64,000 nucleotides of DNA, from assembly GCA_965215015.1 (NCBI GenBank), contig OZ244042.1:3808001-3872000 (forward strand), written 5' to 3'. The stretch is from Candidatus Poribacteria bacterium. Its GTDB lineage: Bacteria; Poribacteria; WGA-4E; PCPOR2b. The position numbers and the translations under genes were made by a program. Shown in pieces: positions 18,147 through 27,950 of this stretch (its first letter is position 1; every line of letters begins with the position of its first letter). The notes under the pieces were generated by a model that saw nothing but the letters and a program-made list of their open reading frames with translations, was not told the DNA's origin and made no database searches.

Positions 18147-19622
18147 ATGCAAAAACGAAAATCGTATCAATTCTATCGGCTCAATTTACTCGGTCGTCTC
18201 ATTGTTTTGGTTCTCATCCTATTCTTGCAACCGACCCTAGGGCTTACACAGGGGGGAAACAACCCGTCCAAGGGTATATTGGATGATGAACTATTAGAGA
18301 ATATCTCGCTGCTCTCAGAAGTGTTGGCGCACATTCAACAGAATCATTTGGATACTCCTGATTCCAAACCCCTCATGTATGGTGCGATTCGAGGGATGTT
18401 GCGGACGCTGGATCCGTACAGTCAATTTTTCCCCCCCGAAAACTATTCGGACTTTCGCACAGAGAGTCGTGGCACTTACGGCGGACTCGGCATGGAGATT
18501 GGTATCCGGAATGATCGGCTCACCATCATCTCCCCATTCAAAGGCACACCTGCCGATAAAGCGGGCCTCCAGAGTGGCGACATTATTAGCCAGATTAAAA
18601 GTGAATCGACAGCCAACATGACAACGACTGACGCTGTTGAACGTCTTCGAGGTGAGCCGGGAACGCAAGTCAGCATCACGATTGTCCGCGAGGGTGAACC
18701 TAGGCCGCTGGAACTCGTGCTGACACGAGATGTTATCCAATACCCGAGTGTCGAATCCAAGATTCTCAAGGAAGATATTGGATATATCCGGATAAACCAA
18801 TTCCGGATCGATAACACGGCCAATGACGTGGATAAGGCGTTTGAAACCTTTAATCAGCAGGAAATAACGGGACTCATTTTGGATCTCCGATCCAACCCGG
18901 GCGGCTCACTTCAATCTGCGGTTGAGGTCGCCAGTGATTTTTTGGAGTCTGAACAATTGATTGTTTATACACAAGGCAAGGCCCCGCGCAAGGAATACCG
19001 TGCCAAGGAAGGCAAACAGCAAAAGCGTTACCCCCTCATCGTCCTTGTCAACGGCGGCAGCGCAAGTGCTTCCGAGATTGTTGCCGGTGCCATAAAAGAT
19101 CATGGACGTGGCTTGGTTATGGGGGAAAAGACCTTTGGGAAAGCCTCTGTGCAGCAAGTGTTTTCACTGAACGGTGGTGCCGCTGTCAAACTGACAGTGG
19201 CACATTACTATAGCCCGAATGGGGTTGACATTCACAAAATTGGTATCGTTCCTGATATTGAAGATCCATGGTTCAGTCGCTCTGAAATTCAGATGCTGCG
19301 GAAACTTCAAAAACATGAGTCAATCAAGAGTTTTATTGAAAAAAACGGTGTTGACATCCTCGCTCAGTTGGAAACGGCCCAGCGCGCCTCAAAAGAGGAT
19401 ACCAAAGCTGCCTCCCTACTGAGAGAATACCAACGACTGGTCAATTCGCTGACAGAGGAAGGGATTGTCTTGAGCAACGTTGGGTTGAAACTCGCAATTG
19501 CGCGCGAGACGACAAACGATCTTGATGAGTACGAATATGATCCGCGAATTATCCGGGCTATCGATCAGTTGCGAGCGTTCAAAATTTATCAGTCAATGCC
19601 GGAAAACGACAACCCAGAATAA
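18147..19622 (+). CDS. ctpA: S41 carboxyl-terminal processing protease
   Basis: LDPYS, GLGMEI (PDZ), LDLRSNPGG, SASASEIVAG, TFGKASVQ. Confidence 0.93.
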   Translation: MQKRKSYQFYRLNLLGRLIVLVLILFLQPTLGLTQGGNNPSKGILDDELLENISLLSEVLAHIQQNHLDTPDSKPLMYGAIRGMLRTLDPYSQFFPPENYSDFRTESRGTYGGLGMEIGIRNDRLTIISPFKGTPADKAGLQSGDIISQIKSESTANMTTTDAVERLRGEPGTQVSITIVREGEPRPLELVLTRDVIQYPSVESKILKEDIGYIRINQFRIDNTANDVDKAFETFNQQEITGLILDLRSNPGGSLQSAVEVASDFLESEQLIVYTQGKAPRKEYRAKEGKQQKRYPLIVLVNGGSASASEIVAGAIKDHGRGLVMGEKTFGKASVQQVFSLNGGAAVKLTVAHYYSPNGVDIHKIGIVPDIEDPWFSRSEIQMLRKLQKHESIKSFIEKNGVDILAQLETAQRASKEDTKAASLLREYQRLVNSLTEEGIVLSNVGLKLAIARETTNDLDEYEYDPRIIRAIDQLRAFKIYQSMPENDNPE

Positions 19623-19647
19623 CGAATCAACAATTGAGAACCCCTTT

Positions 19648-20427
19648 ATGATTACCAAACGAATTATTCCGTGCCTCGATGTTCGAGCGGGCAAGGTCAC
19701 AAAAGGAATCGCTTTTCAAGGCAATATTGATGTCGGCAATCCGGTCGAGATGGCGCGGGCGTACTATGAAGGCGGGGTGGACGAGCTTGTGTTTTATGAC
19801 ATCACTGCCAGCAACGAGAGGCGCGACATTATGATTGATGTCGTTTCAGCGGTCGCGGCAGAGATTTTCATCCCGTTCTCCGTGGGCGGTGGGTTACGAA
19901 CGCTGGATGATATGCGCCGCGTCCTCCTCGCGGGGGCGGAGAAGGTAAGTATCGACTCCGGCGCGGTGAGGAATCCACAACTCCTCGCAGAGGGGGCAAA
20001 AGCATTTGGTAGTCAGTGCGTAGTGTTGAGTATGCAGGTCAAGCGGGTCCCGAAAAATGATGAAATCCCAAGTGGTTTTGAAATCTACATTGATGGCGGG
20101 CGTCGTCCAATGGGACTGGATGCCCGCCAGTGGGCGCAACGCGGTGTGGAATTGGGCGCGGGCGAAATTGTGGTCAACAGTATTGATCAGGATGGAACAA
20201 AAGCGGGGTATGACATAGAGCTGACAAAGGCAATAGCGGCGGTTGTTCCGGTCCCCGTCATTGCTTCTGGCGGTGCAGGCAATCCGCAACATATCCGCGA
20301 TGTCTTCATAGAGGGTAATGCCGATGCCGCCATTGTCGCTTCGATTACCCATTATGGTGAATTCTCAATTGAGCATATCAAACGTTATCTTGAGAAAGAA
20401 GGGGTGCCGGTCCGCAATACATGGTAG
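19648..20427 (+). CDS. hisF: Imidazole glycerol phosphate synthase cyclase subunit
   Basis: MITKRIIPCLDV, DELVFYDITAS, GAGEIVVNSIDQDG, PVIASGGAG. Confidence 0.97.
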   Translation: MITKRIIPCLDVRAGKVTKGIAFQGNIDVGNPVEMARAYYEGGVDELVFYDITASNERRDIMIDVVSAVAAEIFIPFSVGGGLRTLDDMRRVLLAGAEKVSIDSGAVRNPQLLAEGAKAFGSQCVVLSMQVKRVPKNDEIPSGFEIYIDGGRRPMGLDARQWAQRGVELGAGEIVVNSIDQDGTKAGYDIELTKAIAAVVPVPVIASGGAGNPQHIRDVFIEGNADAAIVASITHYGEFSIEHIKRYLEKEGVPVRNTW

Positions 20428-20442
20428 CCGCTCATCGGTTCA

Positions 20443-22092
20443 TTAGCACATTACTGAACGGCTCGCCTGGAATGTCGGGGCACTCACACTTTCAATGGCG
20501 ATGTTGATGCAAGCAGGTAACCCCGACGTTAGCGCACGCTCAACCGCATGGGTTAGGTCGGTTGGGTGCTGGACAACCTCTCCATGCCCTCCCAACGCCT
20601 CGACCACTTTGTCATAACGTGAGGGCAATAATTCACAACCGACCGTGCGTCCCTCTCCATAATTCTGAATCTGCAACTGATGCTCTGCATTCCAACGTGC
20701 ATCGTTTCCTACAATAGCAATGATAGGTAGGTGGTAGCGCAGCGCGGTATCGAATTCCATTGCGTGATAGCCGAATGTACCATCGCCTAAGAAAACGAAA
20801 ACGGGGCGTTGCGGCTGTGCCAATTTTGCTGCGAGTGCCATCGGGATAGCACTGCCAATAGCACCTGAGGGTCCATTGATGAGACGCTGCTGTGCTTCCA
20901 ACCCCGCTTGTACCCACTGTCCAAACTCGCCGCCGTCGCTGACGAATAGTGCGCCCTCATCGAGGAGCGGTTGAAGTGCCGCACATACGCGCAACGGGTG
21001 AATGGGTTGTTCCATAGAACCACGTGGCTGCTCCCATTCGGTAGGAGTAGCCGTTCGCGCTGCCCTAACTTCTGCCCGCCAAGAATCGTGCTGCCCTTTC
21101 CTTTGCGAGCGTCCAAGGGCTTGTGCTGCGGCTGTCAACTGACGCACTATGCCCGTTGGTTCCCCGTGTATTGTCAGGACAACCTGTTTTTCCGGGCGCA
21201 GCTGCGACGCATCGGCGTCAATCTGGATAAAACGACACCCTTCATCGAAAAAGGGAGGTTGCCCGAAGCGTAGTGAGAAGTCCAGTTTCTTGCCCACTAA
21301 CAATACAAGGTCTGCTTTGCTCAAGCAATTTGTCGCCTGATGCAGCCACGGATCGTTGACCCCCCGCGGGCTTTCCATCGGAAGTGCGAGGATACCTGTT
21401 GCCTCCGACAGCCGCTCTACCTCCGTCCATCGCAAGGGGCGTCCCATTGCGGGTCCTGCCAAGATGAGTGGGTGGGTTGCTTCGGCGAGTTGGTGGAGTA
21501 TATCGTCCAGGTCCCTTGTTGAGGCAACACTTGTGGATGTAGCATCTTTATCCGTTCTTTGAAGGGGATGGGAAGCGACGGGGGCTTCCAAGACATCGGT
21601 GGGTAGACTCAGGTGAACCGGACCGGGACGCCCTTCGCAAGCGAGAGAGAACGCAGCAGCAATGGCTTCGTCCAGATGGTCGGTGTCTTCTACCAACCAC
21701 GCCGCTTTTGTAACTGGCTTGGCGGTAGCGACTTGATCTATCTCCTGAAACGCGCCGCTGCCGATTTGTGCGTGAGGGCAATGCCCGCTTAATAGCACCA
21801 CCGGCGATTCTGCCATCAATGCGACATAGAGCGCGGAGATTGCGTTACAGTGCCCGGGGCCCGCGGTCAACAGTGCCACCCCCGGCTGTTCGGTCAAACG
21901 TCCCCATCCATCCGCCATGTGCACCGCTGCTGCTTCATGGCGTGTGTGGATGAGGTCAACCTCGCGTCCAATGCTCGCATCATATATGGAGAGAATCTGG
22001 TTGCCAGAGAGTGAGAAGATATGCTTAACTCCCGCGGAAACCAAGGATTCTATCAGCAATTCAGCACCGGTCTTTGACATAGGATTTGTCAT
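20443..22092 (-). CDS. Thiamine diphosphate-dependent enzyme (acetolactate synthase / 2-hydroxyacyl-CoA lyase-like)
   Basis: RHEAAAVHMADGWGR, TAGPG, GDGTFG...N ThDP motif. Confidence 0.9.
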   Translation of the reverse strand: MTNPMSKTGAELLIESLVSAGVKHIFSLSGNQILSIYDASIGREVDLIHTRHEAAAVHMADGWGRLTEQPGVALLTAGPGHCNAISALYVALMAESPVVLLSGHCPHAQIGSGAFQEIDQVATAKPVTKAAWLVEDTDHLDEAIAAAFSLACEGRPGPVHLSLPTDVLEAPVASHPLQRTDKDATSTSVASTRDLDDILHQLAEATHPLILAGPAMGRPLRWTEVERLSEATGILALPMESPRGVNDPWLHQATNCLSKADLVLLVGKKLDFSLRFGQPPFFDEGCRFIQIDADASQLRPEKQVVLTIHGEPTGIVRQLTAAAQALGRSQRKGQHDSWRAEVRAARTATPTEWEQPRGSMEQPIHPLRVCAALQPLLDEGALFVSDGGEFGQWVQAGLEAQQRLINGPSGAIGSAIPMALAAKLAQPQRPVFVFLGDGTFGYHAMEFDTALRYHLPIIAIVGNDARWNAEHQLQIQNYGEGRTVGCELLPSRYDKVVEALGGHGEVVQHPTDLTHAVERALTSGLPACINIAIESVSAPTFQASRSVMC

Positions 22093-22171
22093 GTCCCCTC
22101 TATATCCATCTAAGAATCCACCTTCTCCCAACCCGGGCATACCATATTGGACGGGTTGGGAAATTCCAATT

Positions 22172-22627
22172 TCAACGCGTCTTTATTTTTTTAATCCCCA
22201 AGTACCGTGTCTGTGGAAATCCTGACTCAAGGTGGTCCCAAAAACGCTCCTTCAAAATTGGGGGGCGTACATCCAGCCCCTTCATATCCGCCTTGGAAAA
22301 GAAACGCACATCAACGAGAAAGGTTTCCCCCGGTTCTCTATTGCCAAGCGTGAGGGTCCCTTCAAACCTTTTGCATCGAATAAAAAATTTGCAGAAGTGA
22401 TAGTCAGTTTCGGTATATTCGACGATATAGACGATGCGATCTAACACAACAGATAGACCTGTTTCCTCCATCGTCTCGCGTCGCGCACAATCGAAGATGG
22501 ATTCTGCCCCCTGTAATTTTCCCCCCGGTGGCACCCAAAAATCGTACTGCCCGCTCCTTCTGTGATTGACTAATAGCAGTCGCTTCTGCTGTGTGATTAA
22601 TGCAGCGGCGCTGATTCCATATCTCAT
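22172..22627 (-). CDS. NUDIX hydrolase
   Basis: PGGKLQGAESIFDCARRETMEETG Nudix box. Confidence 0.92.
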   Translation of the reverse strand: MRYGISAAALITQQKRLLLVNHRRSGQYDFWVPPGGKLQGAESIFDCARRETMEETGLSVVLDRIVYIVEYTETDYHFCKFFIRCKRFEGTLTLGNREPGETFLVDVRFFSKADMKGLDVRPPILKERFWDHLESGFPQTRYLGIKKIKTR

Positions 22628-22657
22628 CAGTTTGGTCTCTACCCTTGAACCGTGTTC

Positions 22658-23512
22658 CTATATGGCTGGCGGTCGTCGTGGCGCAATGGGCTCAATAATC
22701 GCCCGTCTTTCTGGGTTCAAACGTCCTAACAGTTGCTCTGAAATGTGATAGTTGAATCGCTCGCGCACATATCTTGGGGAGTAGCGATAGACAATCGTCC
22801 GACGATAACCGGGATTGGTACGTTCTGCAGACCCGTGTGTTATCGCATCGGTGAATAGCAAGACATCTCCCGCATTCAGATACATCTCCTTCACAGCGAT
22901 GGCTGTTCCGGCTGGCTTACCGCTTAGACCATCGTAAACCAAGCCTCTACCGTCCACATTCAGTCGAGGGTGAATTTCGGTACATTTATGGCTGCCCGGT
23001 ATGAGGACAGTGGGTCCGTCGCCTTCACCGATATCGTTGAGTGCCATCAATACGTTGATTTGACCTACCATCCATTCACCTGTGTTGTTCTGGCGAAAGG
23101 TCAAATAACTGAGTGGGACATGTCCACCGCAGTGAATGTGGATGTAACCACCGGGCCCACGGACATTGAGAAAGTTCTCGTGGATAGAAAGCCCATTTAC
23201 GGAAGAGTGGATGTACTTCTTGACCAAGTCAATCCAAGCGGGATAATCTATCAATTTCTCAAAAACAGCACCGCCCTCAATGATATTCTGAAAGTTGACG
23301 CCGTTTTCTTCATTGTATGTGTGCGTTTCCACGTGCCCAATCCAGCGACCTCTTTCACGTGGATTATCATTGGTGGACCACGGTTTTTCGACATAAGATT
23401 TGTGGTCGTCTATCCACCGGTTCATCTCGTCCAAATCTTCCACCGAGATTGCGTTTTCTAAGACGAGATAACCTTGGAGATCAAACAGATAGTCCTGTAC
23501 GTTTTCATCCAT
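22658..23512 (-). CDS. Phytanoyl-CoA dioxygenase (PhyH) family protein
   Basis: YLFDLQGYLVL, DGPTVLIPGSHK, HGSAER..RR. Confidence 0.88.
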   Translation of the reverse strand: MDENVQDYLFDLQGYLVLENAISVEDLDEMNRWIDDHKSYVEKPWSTNDNPRERGRWIGHVETHTYNEENGVNFQNIIEGGAVFEKLIDYPAWIDLVKKYIHSSVNGLSIHENFLNVRGPGGYIHIHCGGHVPLSYLTFRQNNTGEWMVGQINVLMALNDIGEGDGPTVLIPGSHKCTEIHPRLNVDGRGLVYDGLSGKPAGTAIAVKEMYLNAGDVLLFTDAITHGSAERTNPGYRRTIVYRYSPRYVRERFNYHISEQLLGRLNPERRAIIEPIAPRRPPAI

Positions 23513-23599
23513 TTTTCGCTCCTGACTTACTAACCGAAGTAGTGCCCATGCTCACAAGACGAGGCAACGCGCTACGGATGGTCTCAATTCTAACTTAAT

Positions 23600-23835
23600 T
23601 CACCTTTTGTACAGATGTAGGTGGTCGGAAATCGGCAACTGAAAAGGTTCCTGACGTAATAATCGGGTAAAAAAAACAGCACCTCAATATTTTCGATTTC
23701 GTCGGTTTCAAGATTAAATCGTGCGATGACTTTATCCCCAAGTTCTTCGCTCTCCTGTCCTGGATACGGAACGCAGGTATTTATGTACAGAATATCTGCT
23801 TTACGGTCGTCTTGAAATGTTAGGCGCGTTCCCCT
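23600..23835 (-). pseudogene. DUF2283-type antitoxin pseudogene (mutated start, frameshift in poly-T), preceded by a toxin remnant
   Basis: RLTFQDDRKADILYINTCVPYPGQESEELGDKVIARFNLETDEIENIEVLFF, then shifted TRLLRQEPFQLPI; AGG in place of ATG after GGAGGAG. Confidence 0.65.
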
Positions 23836-24163
23836 TCAATATCTCCTCCCGTTGTCAAGACGAGAATCTCGACGAACTTGGTCAGGGTTAGCCAAAGTAT
23901 CCACTATACATTACTGATAGTTTGGAAGCACAATTGTTGATTCAATTTGTCAAATATCAACTAAGCCAGTAGGTCGAGATTCATATCTTGACAGCTACTA
24001 GAAACAACCAAATCTACTCGGATAACGTAAGTTGTACATGTCGCCCCGGGACTTTAGGGTGTGCAAATTCGAGATTGCTATACACATATCGCCTCGCCGT
24101 GGCTATGATGGTTCATCGGTTCATTGATGCAATTGATGAACTCTGGAACTAATGAATTTTTGA

Positions 24164-24190
24164 GGTTACAGCATACGGCGTATGCCTACT
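24164..24190. repeat. REP-like palindrome family 2 (GGTTACGGCATACGGNGTATGCCTACT)
   Basis: Copies at 11817, 24164, 31930, 49016 and 56177. Confidence 0.85.
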
Positions 24191-24236
24191 CCTAGCAAGT
24201 TGGGCAATTATAGCGAAGCGTGCCCCGCCCCATCTT

Positions 24237-25946
24237 TCATGGATTATACTCGTGCCCGTAGCGGATAGTGTATCGGTAGCCTTGCTCGGTGAGGAAAAGT
24301 TGGCGGTTGATTGCAAATTCCTGGTCTCGCGAATCGCGGGTGACGATTGAGTAGAAGTGTGCGAGCGAACCGTCCGTTTTGGGCCGGAGGATGCGTCCGA
24401 GGCGTTGGGCTTCCTCTTGACGTGAACCGAATGTGCCGGACACCTGAATCGCAACATTCGCATCGGGGAGGTCAATCGCAAAGTTAGCCACCTTGGAAAC
24501 GACAAGCAGCTTAATCTCTCCTCGCCGAAACTGATCATAGAGTTTGCCTCGCTCAAGGTTCGGGGTTTGCCCCATAATCAGGGGTGCATTCAGGTGCTGC
24601 GCTATCCCCTTGAGTTGGTCGATATACTGCCCAATAATAAGTACTTGATTAGCTTGGTGTCGCTCAATCAGTTCGCGTACAATGGTAAATTTGTTCGGAT
24701 TCTCGGAAGCGATGCGGAACTTCTGCCTTGCGCTAGCGACAGCGTAACTCATCCGCAGGTGTTCGGGCAGGTCTACCCGGATTTCGGTGCATTCAGCGGT
24801 CGCAATCCAGCCCTGCCGTTCCAATTCTCGCCAAGGGACATCATACTTCTTCGGTCCAATCAAGCTGAATACATCGTCTTCCCTGCCATCTTCTCGCACC
24901 AGGGTCGCAGTCAATCCGAGGCGACGTTTCCCCTGAATCTCCGCAGTCATCCGAAACACAGGGGCGGGTAACAGGTGAACCTCGTCGTAGATAATCAAGC
25001 CCCAATCCATCTCGGAGAAGATTCCCAAATGAACGAAGGCCTCTGACTTGCTCTTGCGATACGTCAGGATTTGATAGGTGGTCACTGTGATTGGACGGAT
25101 TTCCTTACGGTCGCCGGTGTATTCGCCGATATCTTCCGGTGCAATCGTCGTCTTATCAAGGAATTCATTGATCCACTGGCGTACAGCAATTGTGTTGGTC
25201 GAAAGGATTAGGGTGTGACATTTGGTCTCGAACAAAATGCCAAGCCCAACAATGGTTTTTCCTGCACCACAAGGGAGGACAATCACACCGCTGCCGCCGC
25301 GCACGTCTCCTCCCAGATGAAAAACCTCTGCTGCATCGCGCTGATAGTCGCGCAGGTTGAAGCCTGCCCCCGATTGTGTTATCGGCCGGGGTGCAATCTC
25401 CAGATAGCTGCCGCGGACGTACCCCGCAAGGTCTTTCACTGGGAAGCCAATCTTAATCAACGCTTGCTTGATGTGTCCGCGAAGGTGGTAGGGAACGGAG
25501 ATGGTTTGGGGGTCTATTGGCTTACCGAGCAGATTTCTCACCGATTCGCTATGAGCAATTTCAGCCATGAGTACCGGATCGTCGGAGTGCAAAACCAAGC
25601 CGTTATTTCCAACGCGGTCGGGATTCAGGTCGGCGTGCCTCATCAATCTAACGCGCCCGTAGCGAGAGACATAATCAATAATCTCGGCGATTATGTTTTG
25701 CGGCACGTCGTATTTGGTATACTCATCGAGCGCATCCAAGATAGCCCCGACCTCCATCCCCGCAGCGGCGGCATTCCATAAAGAAAGGGGTGTAATGCGA
25801 TAGGTGTGGATATGTTCGGGGCTCTTTTCCAGCTCTGCAAAGCTAGTAAGCGCGTCTCGCGCTGCTTCATAAAGTGGGCTGTCAACTTCAAGGAGAACTG
25901 TCCGATCACTCTGAACAATTAATGGGTTTTGTGGGTTGTATGGCAT
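24237..25946 (-). CDS. XPB/Ssl2-like DNA repair helicase
   Basis: PLIVQSDRTVLLEV, LPCGAGKT, DEVH, GLTAT, QEEAQRLGRILR. Confidence 0.95.
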   Translation of the reverse strand: MPYNPQNPLIVQSDRTVLLEVDSPLYEAARDALTSFAELEKSPEHIHTYRITPLSLWNAAAAGMEVGAILDALDEYTKYDVPQNIIAEIIDYVSRYGRVRLMRHADLNPDRVGNNGLVLHSDDPVLMAEIAHSESVRNLLGKPIDPQTISVPYHLRGHIKQALIKIGFPVKDLAGYVRGSYLEIAPRPITQSGAGFNLRDYQRDAAEVFHLGGDVRGGSGVIVLPCGAGKTIVGLGILFETKCHTLILSTNTIAVRQWINEFLDKTTIAPEDIGEYTGDRKEIRPITVTTYQILTYRKSKSEAFVHLGIFSEMDWGLIIYDEVHLLPAPVFRMTAEIQGKRRLGLTATLVREDGREDDVFSLIGPKKYDVPWRELERQGWIATAECTEIRVDLPEHLRMSYAVASARQKFRIASENPNKFTIVRELIERHQANQVLIIGQYIDQLKGIAQHLNAPLIMGQTPNLERGKLYDQFRRGEIKLLVVSKVANFAIDLPDANVAIQVSGTFGSRQEEAQRLGRILRPKTDGSLAHFYSIVTRDSRDQEFAINRQLFLTEQGYRYTIRYGHEYNP

Positions 25947-26464
25947 TTGGTCCGATCCTTTGGAACGATGTCCGGCGGTGGTGCCGCGAGTTTGACGGTT
26001 TTCTCATCAGTCAAATTGGAGAGCAGGGTTCGGATATTTTGTTGAAGGCTTGGGTGGAGAACGTCGGGGGCAATCTCAGCGAAAGGGATAAGGACAAAAC
26101 TGCGTCGGTGCATTTCGGGGTGCGGCACAATCAGATCCGGCGTATTGATGGAACATTGGTCGTAGATTAGGAGATCCAAATCTACCTCTCGTGGTCCCCA
26201 ACGGGTACGATGCTGTCGTCCAACGCCTCCTTCAATACCCTTTAGCAACGCCAACAACCGATGGAGTGATAGACCGGTTTCGACAGCGACAACGCCGTTC
26301 AGAAACCAATCCTGTTCTTCATAGCCGACAGGCTCGGTTTCGTAGAGGGAGGAGATTTGTATTAGCAAGACGCCATCTGCTTCTAACAGCAGCCGCAGTG
26401 CTTGGGTGATATAGATGAAGCGGTCGTCTATGTTAGATCCAAAACCGATGTATGCGTGTGCCAT
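25919..26464 (-). CDS. folK: 2-amino-4-hydroxy-6-hydroxymethyldihydropteridine diphosphokinase
   Basis: AYIGFGSN, SSLYETEP, RWGPREVDLDLL, PHPEM..RSFVL; overlaps the XPB start by 28 nt. Confidence 0.96.
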   Translation of the reverse strand: MAHAYIGFGSNIDDRFIYITQALRLLLEADGVLLIQISSLYETEPVGYEEQDWFLNGVVAVETGLSLHRLLALLKGIEGGVGRQHRTRWGPREVDLDLLIYDQCSINTPDLIVPHPEMHRRSFVLIPFAEIAPDVLHPSLQQNIRTLLSNLTDEKTVKLAAPPPDIVPKDRTKCHTTHKTH

Positions 26465-26518
26465 TGTCAACTCGTTAAATAGCCCTCTGTAACTCTTGGT
26501 GAATGAGGATAACTTGAG

Positions 26519-26659
26519 TGAGGGGTGCTCATAATTATTGTCTGAATCACGGATTCAGCGGAGGACACAGATAGGGACAAACGCGCAATGAATTGCGCTA
26601 CTACGGACAGGGTGATTTATGTGAGGAGTGCTCATCAGCCAGATTACGCGTGGACGACT
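26519..26659 (+). repeat. Copy of MITE family A
   Basis: Near-identical to 11539-11678. Confidence 0.85.
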
Positions 26660-26754
26660 ATTCCTTGAGGCAGAGCTGGGAACGGATATATCAGCCGCCG
26701 CTGAGTTGACAGAGGCAGTCTTGGGGATTACCATGAATTCCAATCGTTTGCTCC

Positions 26755-26826
26755 AATTGGCCGGTAGGGGACGGTGAGATGGTAGGCGTAGATATGTTGT
26801 TTTCCTTAAAAATCGAGTGTGAGCAT
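26755..26826 (-). pseudogene. 5' remnant of type III R-M Mod methyltransferase
   Basis: AAGGA RBS, then MLTLDF*GKQHIYAYHLTVPYRP, resembling Mod N-termini (MPTLDFKGK...HHLTVP). Confidence 0.5.
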
Positions 26827-26996
26827 GGTGAAATTCCTTTGAGTTTCTAGGGTTTATCGCCAACAAGGTGTCCAAGCAGTTCCGACAGGTTTCCCCATCT
26901 GGGTCCGGTAAAGACAGTTTCCTGATATAATGGATAGGATTTTGTGCACTGCCTCACGTCCCAAAGCCACGTTGAAAGCGGTGATTAGCATTGCTC

Positions 26997-27233
26997 TTAT
27001 TCCTCTATTGAGGAAAGCCTGTCTTTCAACTGTGAGAGTTGTGCTTCTGGAAGATTGGTGATTTCGGAGATGAGCGTCATCTCCATTCCCTTGGCAAGCA
27101 TCGCCTTGGCAGTTTCAACCTTCCCTTCGATTCGTCCTTCCTGCTTGCCCTCAAGCAGACCTTCCTGCTTGCCCTCAAGCAGACCTTCTTGAAAAATCTG
27201 ACGCCTTTCTCGCTCTAACGCTGTTACTAACAT
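26997..27233 (-). CDS. Putative intragenic small protein (Rpn-S antitoxin), 78 aa, in frame with rpn
   Basis: AAGAGGAGGT Shine-Dalgarno 7 nt upstream of internal ATG (27231-27233). Confidence 0.6.
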   Translation of the reverse strand: MLVTALERERRQIFQEGLLEGKQEGLLEGKQEGRIEGKVETAKAMLAKGMEMTLISEITNLPEAQLSQLKDRLSSIEE

Positions 27234-27950
27234 CGTACTCACCTCCTCTTCACTGCGGTAAATGAAATCAAGCGATTCGTAATCTGATGATCCTATCCGA
27301 CCATGGAGAGCCAACTGCCTGAACCAGTTTAAAAACAAACTGACCGCCTGTTTGTCCACCTCCGAAGAAAACAGATTCAACAGCTCTACCTCCAGCAAAT
27401 CTAAATCGTAATGTGATTCTGCCAAAAACAAAGTTGATACTATGTTTCGGATGGTCAACAACGCTTCCTGACTGTATTGGTTCTCAGCAATTAGGAAATA
27501 CTGAAAATCTAAGGCGAAGGCACCGAGGGGTGGGTCCCGCTCAATCAACGTCGAAAGATTCACCGGGGCCGTCCAAGATGCTTCTCCATTATACAACACG
27601 ATTGGAAAAACTGCCGGCAGCCTTTTAACACCTCTGTTATTGACGAGAAAATCCATGTAAAAGTTGGTGATGTAGTTGAGGACACGCAACGCCATGAACG
27701 GGTCAACGGTGGATTGAAACTCGATGAGAATATAGATGTAGACCTCACGGTCATGAAACTGGATTTTGTAGATTAAGTCACTCTCGGTTTCTTTGTAGTG
27801 TTCGGAGATAAAGGATTTATCTAGGGGTTCACAGTTGTTGAAATCCAGCTGAGCGACCCATTCTTGGTTGACGAATGTCTCAAGGAGTTGCTGAAATATG
27901 GTACGATTTGAGAATAGTTTCTTATAGCCGCTGTCGTGGATGTTCATCAT
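26997..27950 (-). CDS. Rpn family recombination-promoting nuclease / YhgA-like putative transposase
   Basis: HDSGYKKLFS, ESDLIY, YILIEFQS, MALRVLNY, LPAVFPIVLYNG, EGKQEG repeats. Confidence 0.92.
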   Translation of the reverse strand: MMNIHDSGYKKLFSNRTIFQQLLETFVNQEWVAQLDFNNCEPLDKSFISEHYKETESDLIYKIQFHDREVYIYILIEFQSTVDPFMALRVLNYITNFYMDFLVNNRGVKRLPAVFPIVLYNGEASWTAPVNLSTLIERDPPLGAFALDFQYFLIAENQYSQEALLTIRNIVSTLFLAESHYDLDLLEVELLNLFSSEVDKQAVSLFLNWFRQLALHGRIGSSDYESLDFIYRSEEEVSTMLVTALERERRQIFQEGLLEGKQEGLLEGKQEGRIEGKVETAKAMLAKGMEMTLISEITNLPEAQLSQLKDRLSSIEE

